NCBI GenBank assembly: GCA_029881675.1
Contig: JAOUMD010000001.1
Coordinates: 2,930-66,929 of the forward strand
Origin: Minisyncoccota bacterium
GTDB lineage: Bacteria; Patescibacteriota; Microgenomatia; UBA1400; PJMF01
Length of the DNA stretch: 64,000 nucleotides
Reading direction: 5' to 3'
Every line of letters begins with the position of its first letter. Position 1 is the first letter of the stretch. Below the pieces are notes generated by a model, which had not been told where the DNA came from, made no database searches, and was given only the letters and a program-made list of their open reading frames with translations. The position numbers and the translations under genes were made by a program. Shown in pieces: positions 36,249 through 43,210 of this stretch.

Positions 36249-36811
36249 TAGTTATTCTGCTTTTTCATATCCATTCTAATTAACTCTCTTATGTGCGAAG
36301 ACTTAGGCTTTCTATTTTTCTTCGATAGTTTATTTAAATAATTAATCAACTCAGGTTCTAACATTAAATTAAATCTCTTTAACTGCCTCCCTTTGGCATA
36401 TTCAAGTCCTTCTTCAACGACATCCTCCAAATTTGATCCATCATATTCTAAATATATAAAGTTCTCATCATCCATACCTTTTAAAAACACTGATTCATAT
36501 CCTATTTCATGAAATGCAAGAATAGTCTTATTTTGTTCTAAAGCCATAGTTACCTCATGACCAATATTAATTGTTGATGGAAATGACATTTCTGCTATTA
36601 CTAGATCACATTTCCCAATCCACTTAACAACTTTTTTATAATACTTTGTTGAAGTATCCAGAGTTTTGTTTCTAATATCATCCATTGAGACATCTAAAAT
36701 ATGGTCTGCTTTAATAGTATGACCTAGATCTTCAGCTCGTTTTACAATCCTCTCAAAGAAGTCTTTATGGTCTTTTCTGAAATAAATAGAACCAGTGAAA
36801 TATATATTCAT
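36248..36811 (-). CDS. DNPH1/NDT-like + RHH fusion (paralog B; catalytic Glu retained)
   Basis: 'MNIYFTGSIY', 'DLVIAEMSFPSTINIGHEVTMAL', and C-terminal 'KRFNLMLEPELINYLNKLSKKNRKPKSSHIRELIRMDM'. 4-nt overlaps with both neighbours. Confidence 0.6.
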   Translation of the reverse strand: MNIYFTGSIYFRKDHKDFFERIVKRAEDLGHTIKADHILDVSMDDIRNKTLDTSTKYYKKVVKWIGKCDLVIAEMSFPSTINIGHEVTMALEQNKTILAFHEIGYESVFLKGMDDENFIYLEYDGSNLEDVVEEGLEYAKGRQLKRFNLMLEPELINYLNKLSKKNRKPKSSHIRELIRMDMKKQNN

Positions 36812-37374
36812 TTATTTAACTCAACTTTCATCAACTCATTAATAGCTTTTCGAATTATTTGAGCTTTAGACATTTTATTCTTTTTTGAGTAATCGTTAAG
36901 GAAATTTATCATTTGAGGAGAAAGCATTAAGTTAAAACGCTTATCTTGATTTCCAGAAAAATAATCAAATGCATCTGAAATAACATCATCAATACTTTCA
37001 TATGTATATTCTGATACGACTAGATTAGGGTCATGAATTCCTGAGAGAAAAAATGGAGCATTTCCTTTTGAATATAAACACAAAGTTGGTTTTGATAACT
37101 CAATACCTTTATTAATTAGGTAGCCCATTGATAAACTATGAATAGATACTTCTACAACTATTACATAAGCTTTTTTCAAGTTAGTAAGTGTATTCTGATA
37201 GTGCTGATCAATCTCTTCTAATGAATATTCGTAAAAACTATCTGGATCATTATTTATAACTAAATCTGAAGTATGTTTACCATAGGCAGATAGTGACTTA
37301 TATATCTTATTTAAGTTATCAGATTGTTCTTTTATTCTTAAGGAACGAGGGGAGCCGGTGAAGAATATTTTCAC
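36808..37374 (-). CDS. DNPH1/NDT-like + RHH fusion (paralog C; nucleophile Glu replaced by Leu, N-terminal Tyr replaced by Phe)
   Basis: 'MKIFFTGSP', 'YVIVVEVSIHSLSMGYLINKGIELSKPTLCLY', and C-terminal 'KRFNLMLSPQMINFLNDYSKKNKMSKAQIIRKAINELM'. Confidence 0.55.
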   Translation of the reverse strand: MKIFFTGSPRSLRIKEQSDNLNKIYKSLSAYGKHTSDLVINNDPDSFYEYSLEEIDQHYQNTLTNLKKAYVIVVEVSIHSLSMGYLINKGIELSKPTLCLYSKGNAPFFLSGIHDPNLVVSEYTYESIDDVISDAFDYFSGNQDKRFNLMLSPQMINFLNDYSKKNKMSKAQIIRKAINELMKVELNK

Positions 37375-37931
37375 AAATCTTTCCCCTTCATATCTTCTTT
37401 AATCAAACCTCTTATATAAACAGCTTTTGGAGTTTTTGTTTTCTTTGATAACTTATTCAAATACAGATTCATCTTCTTACTAAGCATCATGTTATATCTA
37501 ACATCATTCTCAAAAAACAAATTATCTAATGCTAAATCAATTACTTTCTTATAATTTTTTTCTGAATACTCCCACAATTGAAACCTCTCATCATCTATAC
37601 CTTCAATAAAGAGTTGCCTATTTCCTTTTGTATATAGACAGATTACATTCTTCTCATGCTTTAAAGCATGTAATATCTGAAAACCAATAGTAATACTAGG
37701 AGTAGAGGTCTCTAAAATAACGACATCACTCTTCTTCATTAACGAATCAGCTTGATCATAAACATGCTTAATGTGAAAGGAAGTAGGTTTATAAAAATCT
37801 TCAAAGTTTTCTTTAGAAAGGTAATCTAAAACAATTTTATGTCCTATGTCTTGAAGGTAAGACTGGACTTTTGTTACCAAGTTGATCTGTTTCTTATCTG
37901 ATCTTCCAGATAAGTTTAGATATATATTCAT
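37371..37931 (-). CDS. DNPH1/NDT-like + RHH fusion (paralog D; Glu replaced by Gln)
   Basis: 'MNIYLNLSG', 'DVVILETSTPSITIGFQILHALKHEKNVICLY', and C-terminal 'VRYNMMLSKKMNLYLNKLSKKTKTPKAVYIRGLIKEDM'. First gene of the four-gene minus-strand operon. Confidence 0.55.
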   Translation of the reverse strand: MNIYLNLSGRSDKKQINLVTKVQSYLQDIGHKIVLDYLSKENFEDFYKPTSFHIKHVYDQADSLMKKSDVVILETSTPSITIGFQILHALKHEKNVICLYTKGNRQLFIEGIDDERFQLWEYSEKNYKKVIDLALDNLFFENDVRYNMMLSKKMNLYLNKLSKKTKTPKAVYIRGLIKEDMKGKDL

Positions 37932-38073
37932 ACTTGGTATTAGATTCTATCATACAAAAGTGTAATAGATACGTCTTTTAAATATTCCATTCTCAAGAAT
38001 AGATGATAAAATTTATAGAATTTGGTGTAAAATATACACAGCCAATAAATATCAGTTATTTAGAAAGACGGCA

Positions 38074-38643
38074 ATGAAAATTTTCTTGAGCGCTTCAATC
38101 TACGGTAAACAACATCTTGAGGATAGTTGTAAGAAGATTGTTGAACTAACTAAGAAAAGTGGTAATACTATTGTTGCTGATCATATTTTAAGCACTACAA
38201 GTGAAGACATGCTTAAATGGCAAAAAGATAAAGATATTGAATTTCATAACTTTGTTATGAATGGTGTAAAGAACTCTGATGCAGTTTTTGCAGAAATTTC
38301 ACACCCAAGTACTTCAGTAGGTTACTTAATTGCTATTGCAGCCCAAACAGGTAAGCCAGTAGTTTGTTTTTATAATGGGGATAAAAAACCTCACCTCTTT
38401 AATACTCTAGAACAACAAAATGATAAGTTTGTAGTGGTTGAATATCATAAGCCTGAAGATTTAGACAAACTTGTCCCAGAAATGATTGAGTTTATTCATG
38501 AAGGACAAGATACTAGATTTAACTTCTTTGTTACTCCAAAACATATTAACTATATGAACTGGATTGCTAAAAATAAACGAATTCCTAGGTCTGTTTTCTT
38601 GAGGAGATTGATTGAAGAGGAGATGAAGAAGAATGAATTTTGA
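38074..38643 (+). CDS. DNPH1/NDT-like + RHH fusion (paralog E; Glu replaced by Leu, Tyr replaced by Phe)
   Basis: 'MKIFLSASIYGKQHLEDSCKKIVELTKKSGNTIVADHIL' aligns to the Rcl N-terminus 'LYFCGSIRGGRED..LY.RIV..L...G.VLTEHV'. Also 'AVFAEISHPSTSVGYLIAIAAQTGKPVVCFY' and C-terminal 'TRFNFFVTPKHINYMNWIAKNKRIPRSVFLRRLIEEEM'. Confidence 0.6.
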   Translation: MKIFLSASIYGKQHLEDSCKKIVELTKKSGNTIVADHILSTTSEDMLKWQKDKDIEFHNFVMNGVKNSDAVFAEISHPSTSVGYLIAIAAQTGKPVVCFYNGDKKPHLFNTLEQQNDKFVVVEYHKPEDLDKLVPEMIEFIHEGQDTRFNFFVTPKHINYMNWIAKNKRIPRSVFLRRLIEEEMKKNEF

Positions 38644-39067
38644 AAATAAAAATTTTAATAGAATAAATGTAGCTGCACTTATAGTTGATGAAAATAGTCG
38701 TTTTTTAATTTGTAAAAGAAGTAAAAATAAAAAATTTCTTCCAGGAATTTGGCACTTCCCAGGAGGAAAGGTAGAAAAAGGTGAATCTAATATTCAAGCT
38801 TTACAAAGAGAACTAATTGAAGAAATTAATATTAAGAATATATCAGAATTTATAGATCTTAAGATATCACATGAATATATTGTAAAAGAAGAGAAACATA
38901 AAACAGAATTTTACTTTTGTAAAACTACAGATACGCCAAATATAAATAATGAAGAAAATGAAGCCTTAAAATTTATTTTACCAGTTGAAGTAAAAGATTA
39001 TATTAATGATAGAAGTACAACAATTCTAATTAATGCTGTTCAGAAAGTCTTAAATGAAAACCAATAA
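38633..39067 (+). CDS. Nudix hydrolase
   Basis: Nudix box 'GGKVEKGESNIQALQRELIEEINI' (G-x5-E-x7-R-E-U-x-E-E-x-(G to N)-U). 144 aa. Overlaps paralog E by 11 nt. Confidence 0.75.
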   Translation: MNFENKNFNRINVAALIVDENSRFLICKRSKNKKFLPGIWHFPGGKVEKGESNIQALQRELIEEINIKNISEFIDLKISHEYIVKEEKHKTEFYFCKTTDTPNINNEENEALKFILPVEVKDYINDRSTTILINAVQKVLNENQ

Positions 39068-39956
39068 TGTTCAGTACCATAAACAGCTATCAAATGCTTT
39101 TTTTGATAAAAACGGGAAATCATCAGCGCTCCCTACAATAATTAAGACTATAGAAGAACAACTCAAAATAAAAAAAACTATCAACTTTTTAGATATAGGA
39201 TGTAATAGAGGCACTCTTTATTCTATTTTAAAAATTATAATATATGAAAATAAATGGGAGGATAGGATAAATTTTTATGGTATAGATTATGACAAAAAAT
39301 CAATAGAATTGTGTTCAAAAAGACATAATGATGTTATTTTTTACAATATTAACCTAAATAAAATTAATATAAAAATCAAAGATCATTTTGACATAATTAC
39401 ATCTATTAACACTCTCCATGAAGTCTTTTCTGGATACATATTAAAACAAAGTGGTAAAAACGATCTATCATTCAAAAATGCAAAGACTCATACCGAAGCA
39501 GTTTTAACAGAATTAATAAAATTACTTAATAAAAATTCTTCATTTATTATTTATGATGGATTGGATGTTGAAACTTTTCAATATGAAAATATTGTTAGGT
39601 TTTCTTTTGTAAATGCTAAAGATAAAGACTTATTTAATATATTTGTTAAAGAATACGAACCTATTCCAATTAACGTTAAAGAGATAAATTTAAATCTTTT
39701 TGAGACTTCTAAAAGTAATCTACTAAGATTAATCAGTACATTCAAATATATTAACACTGATATTTGGGACATTGAACGAAAACAAACATATCATTTTTTT
39801 TCTATAACTGACTTTAAAAATACCGCTTATAATAATAATCTTAAAATAGAAACTATTAAAAGTTTTTCTAATGACATAGAACTTTGGAAATCAAAATTCA
39901 TATTAGAAGACTCTGATTGGCCTGAAAAATCAGTATTAATAAAGTATAATAATTAA
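39054..39956 (+). CDS. Class I SAM-dependent methyltransferase-like protein
   Basis: Motif I-like 'INFLDIGCNRGTL', 'FYGIDYDKKSIELC', and a post-II 'FDIITSINTLHEV'. 300 aa. Overlaps the Nudix gene by 14 nt. Substrate unknown. Confidence 0.45.
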   Translation: MKTNNVQYHKQLSNAFFDKNGKSSALPTIIKTIEEQLKIKKTINFLDIGCNRGTLYSILKIIIYENKWEDRINFYGIDYDKKSIELCSKRHNDVIFYNINLNKINIKIKDHFDIITSINTLHEVFSGYILKQSGKNDLSFKNAKTHTEAVLTELIKLLNKNSSFIIYDGLDVETFQYENIVRFSFVNAKDKDLFNIFVKEYEPIPINVKEINLNLFETSKSNLLRLISTFKYINTDIWDIERKQTYHFFSITDFKNTAYNNNLKIETIKSFSNDIELWKSKFILEDSDWPEKSVLIKYNN

Positions 39957-39958
39957 AT

Positions 39959-40528
39959 ATGAAAATTCACTTTATCGGAGATCTTAATGGAGACATTGCA
40001 CAATACGAAAGTATTATAAACCTAATTGAAAAATTAGGTCATAGAATCGTCACAAAACATTTTATTAAAAGAAGTTTCGAAGAACTTAAAAATGAAACCG
40101 ATAAAGATGCCGCTGATTATTCAAAAAAAATGAAAAAGTGGATTAATGGATCTGATGCTGTGATAGTAGAAATTACAAAACCAGGGCTAGGCTCGGGTTA
40201 TGAAATATCAACTGCACTAGCGTTAAGTAAACCAGTTATTGTTTTATTTAAAGAAAATCAAAAAAATAGCCCTCATGTGTTAAAAGGTATTGAATCTGAT
40301 AAGTTACAAGTAATGAATTACAACATGGATAACCTTTCTGATTTACTAAACGACGCACTAGACTACGCCTCATCCCAACAAGACACCCGCTTCAACTTCT
40401 TTGTAGCCCCTAAGCACATTAACTTCTTAGATTGGGTAGCAAAGAATAAGAAGATACCTAGATCTGTTTTCCTTAGAAGACTTATCGAAAGAGAAATAGC
40501 TAATGATGAACAGTATTCTAATCAGTAA
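39959..40528 (+). CDS. DNPH1/NDT-like + RHH fusion (paralog F; Glu retained, N-terminal Tyr replaced by His)
   Basis: 'MKIHFIGDL', 'AVIVEITKPGLGSGYEISTALALSKPVIVLF' (closest of the six to the Rcl core), and a C-terminal 'TRFNFFVAPKHINFLDWVAKNKKIPRSVFLRRLIEREI' that is nearly identical to paralog E's C-terminus. Confidence 0.6.
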   Translation: MKIHFIGDLNGDIAQYESIINLIEKLGHRIVTKHFIKRSFEELKNETDKDAADYSKKMKKWINGSDAVIVEITKPGLGSGYEISTALALSKPVIVLFKENQKNSPHVLKGIESDKLQVMNYNMDNLSDLLNDALDYASSQQDTRFNFFVAPKHINFLDWVAKNKKIPRSVFLRRLIEREIANDEQYSNQ

Positions 40529-40548
40529 ATAAATTAAATATAAATATA

Positions 40549-40577
40549 TAACCCCTCTTATTAGAGGGGTTTTTTAA
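40549..40577 (+). terminator. Rho-independent terminator
   Basis: AACCCCUCU-UAUU-AGAGGGGUU hairpin followed by UUUUUU. Confidence 0.7.
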
Positions 40578-40826
40578 TACTCAAAATACTTACAGGACCC
40601 AAATTTTACCCCTATATTTATTATATCTAGTTCATATATAATGATTAATTCCCCTCAATAAATCCAAAAAGGATCCATATACGCACCCGTTACGCATGGA
40701 CATAACAAGGTACTTGGTTTTATAATATAGGACGATACAAAATATAAATTAAATTATAAGCAATGAGGGGTAAACCCTCAAAAAATTTTGTCAATTTTTA
40801 CAAGCCTATAATTAAAGAATATAAAT

Positions 40827-42488
40827 ATGCCTATTAAAGAAACCCTTCGCTTAGCGGAAGTAAGAACTTATACAAACTTAGTTTTAATTCTAGCTATGCT
40901 CGCAATATTCATTATTAGCATCAACCCTGTTGAAGCTGATGATACTGAAAGTATTTGGCAATCTCTTAGTGAAAGAGGTCAAATCGAACTTACTTTAGAT
41001 GATTCCTACTTAGAATCAAACAATATGTTTGGTGATGTAGAACAACAAGTAAACCCAGAACAAGTTACTACTACTCTTAATATAAACATTCCAAATACTG
41101 CAGTAGTCAGAAGACTCTCAGATGGTCAAGAAAATGAATTCTTCCGTAGTGGAGAATTTGATGTCATTGGATGGTTTAACTCAGATGGTACAAGTTTTGA
41201 AGGATTTGGTGATGGAATTGTATTAGTCATAGATGGTGTAGCTGGTGGCTATGGTGTATTTGCATCAGAAGTTACTGAAACTGATGGCAGTGGTGTCACA
41301 GATGCAGAAGCTGCTACTACTCAACCATATGGGGAAGATGATGAAGGAGATATAGTTCCAATTGAACCTGATCCTGATACTATTACAACTCCTGAAGCAA
41401 TTGTTAACAATCCAACTATTAATATTACAGATAATATTAACGTAAGAAACACTAGTGGTCTTAACACTGGTAGAACTAATAACAACTTCCCAAGAGGTGA
41501 AGCTACTGTTATTGGTATATTTGAAGCTGATGCAGATGACATTTTTGGCCGTACTGCAATAGGTACTTGGTACGTTGTGGTTGCAGAAAGTGGTACTGAA
41601 GGTGCTGTCTTTGCTAATTCATTTAACAATGTAACTGACGTTCAAGAAGCTGCTTTACCTGTCTACACAATTACCAACAGCAATTTATCTGCCCCTGTTG
41701 AGGTAGAACCTACTGATGTACCTGAAGTAGAACCAGAAGCCGCTCCAGAACCAGATGATGAGACAGTTGTGACTCCAGAGCCTATTGTTACACCAGAAAG
41801 TAATTTAGGGTTTCCTGAGTTACCTAGTAGTATGGAGGTTTCATATTATGCATACGGTGATAGAAATGATGATGTAGTTACCACAGAAACATTAAATATT
41901 AACTCTGAAAGTTTCTTACCATTCCCATTAGGAATGATTGAGCAAGGAGCTTCAGAGCAAACTGATAGAGTAGGTTGGTGGGGAGAGCCTAATCCAGAAC
42001 GAAATAGATGGCAAAAAATTCCTTTAGCTGGAATTGTTGTAAATGTTGAAACTATCACAGAAGGATCTCGTCAATTTAATTTCATACACCTATTAACTCA
42101 AACTCCAGATGGTCAAAATGTAATTATTCAAATCAGATTACATGATCACACAAGGTTTTCACCAGTGAACGATGAATTACAAAACATGGCCTCTGATGAT
42201 GTGATGGCTATGCTTTGGGAAAGTAATGGAGTTATTTATGATGATTTGATTCAAGCTCCAACAAGAAACATAACCCCAGGTGACTATATAATTATTGATA
42301 TTGAAAATGTCGGAGAACAATCAAATACTCCAAATGGAACAAATTGGATGGTTAATCAAAGCAATAACAATATTCCCGATGGTACTCCTACAGCAGTTTT
42401 TGAATCAATTGATGATGGAGAGGTTGATAGAGAAATTCCTGTTATACAAGTCTTTGGAGGAAATAGAATTCTTTTTAATCAAGACTAA
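40827..42488 (+). CDS. Secreted or membrane-anchored acidic surface protein (hypothetical)
   Basis: N-terminal hydrophobic segment 'LVLILAMLAIFIISINPVEADD', then a highly acidic low-complexity protein rich in E, D, T and P ('EPTDVPEVEPEAAPEPDDETVVTPEPIVTPE'). Confidence 0.55.
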   Translation: MPIKETLRLAEVRTYTNLVLILAMLAIFIISINPVEADDTESIWQSLSERGQIELTLDDSYLESNNMFGDVEQQVNPEQVTTTLNINIPNTAVVRRLSDGQENEFFRSGEFDVIGWFNSDGTSFEGFGDGIVLVIDGVAGGYGVFASEVTETDGSGVTDAEAATTQPYGEDDEGDIVPIEPDPDTITTPEAIVNNPTINITDNINVRNTSGLNTGRTNNNFPRGEATVIGIFEADADDIFGRTAIGTWYVVVAESGTEGAVFANSFNNVTDVQEAALPVYTITNSNLSAPVEVEPTDVPEVEPEAAPEPDDETVVTPEPIVTPESNLGFPELPSSMEVSYYAYGDRNDDVVTTETLNINSESFLPFPLGMIEQGASEQTDRVGWWGEPNPERNRWQKIPLAGIVVNVETITEGSRQFNFIHLLTQTPDGQNVIIQIRLHDHTRFSPVNDELQNMASDDVMAMLWESNGVIYDDLIQAPTRNITPGDYIIIDIENVGEQSNTPNGTNWMVNQSNNNIPDGTPTAVFESIDDGEVDREIPVIQVFGGNRILFNQD

Positions 42489-42508
42489 TTAATTAAGTTT
42501 TAAATATA

Positions 42509-42536
42509 AAAACCCCTCTTTTGAGGGGTTTTTTAA
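42509..42536 (+). terminator. Rho-independent terminator (near-identical in flanks to the one at 40549)
   Basis: AACCCCUC-UUUU-GAGGGGUU hairpin followed by UUUUUU. Confidence 0.7.
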
Positions 42537-42559
42537 TACAATAAATTACTATCTTCACA

Positions 42560-43210
42560 TTGATTAAAAAACTGTCTACAATGAAATATATGAATTGGAA
42601 AATATTAGTTGGAGGTAGCTTTTTTATAATCATTATCTTTTCTGTGTTCCTTGGATTTCAATTTATCCAAAACAGAGGTAATTTATTAAATATACCTGAA
42701 GGTAATCAAGTTTCTACATTCAAACCTCTCCTTACTAAAACTCCAGAAGAACGTCGCTTAGCTGCTAAGAGTGAGGCAAACACTAGCAGACAGCTTGTTC
42801 GAGGGTATGTTTTTAGATATAGCCAAGAGAACAATACTTTTGGAATAGCTGTTGAAGCTAAGCAGCCTAATGGAATTATGGGAGTTATAGGGGTAGTAGA
42901 TATAGTGATAGATCCAGACAGGATTAATGAATTTTTATGTTGGCCAGAATTTAATAAAACTCCTGCAGGCATAGATGTAGACATGAAAAAAACATTTATT
43001 TCTATGGGTGCTGATAATACACTATACCTAAAAGGAGAATCAAAGAAACAAATTGAAGCAGTTGGAACTCAACTTAATAATTCTCCCTATGTTTTTGCTT
43101 TCTTAGCTACAGCAGTAGAAGATTTAATCCCTTCTATAGAAAACTCAAAAGACCTTGATGCTCAATATGTTGATCAATTATCTATCTTAGGATGCAATGA
43201 AACTAACTAA
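42560..43210 (+). CDS. N-terminally membrane-anchored hypothetical protein
   Basis: TM helix 'ILVGGSFFIIIIFSVFLGFQFI', then a 180-aa soluble domain. Overlaps the next gene by 14 nt. Confidence 0.55.
   Translation: MIKKLSTMKYMNWKILVGGSFFIIIIFSVFLGFQFIQNRGNLLNIPEGNQVSTFKPLLTKTPEERRLAAKSEANTSRQLVRGYVFRYSQENNTFGIAVEAKQPNGIMGVIGVVDIVIDPDRINEFLCWPEFNKTPAGIDVDMKKTFISMGADNTLYLKGESKKQIEAVGTQLNNSPYVFAFLATAVEDLIPSIENSKDLDAQYVDQLSILGCNETN

Noticed and set aside
40600-40826. Considered an ncRNA or tRNA in the 300-bp spacer before the acidic surface protein (direct TACGCA repeats, GAGGGGUAAACCCUC hairpin).
   Set aside because: No recognisable RNA-family core. The hairpin plus A6U4 is more simply a terminator or promoter-proximal element. 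Left unannotated.
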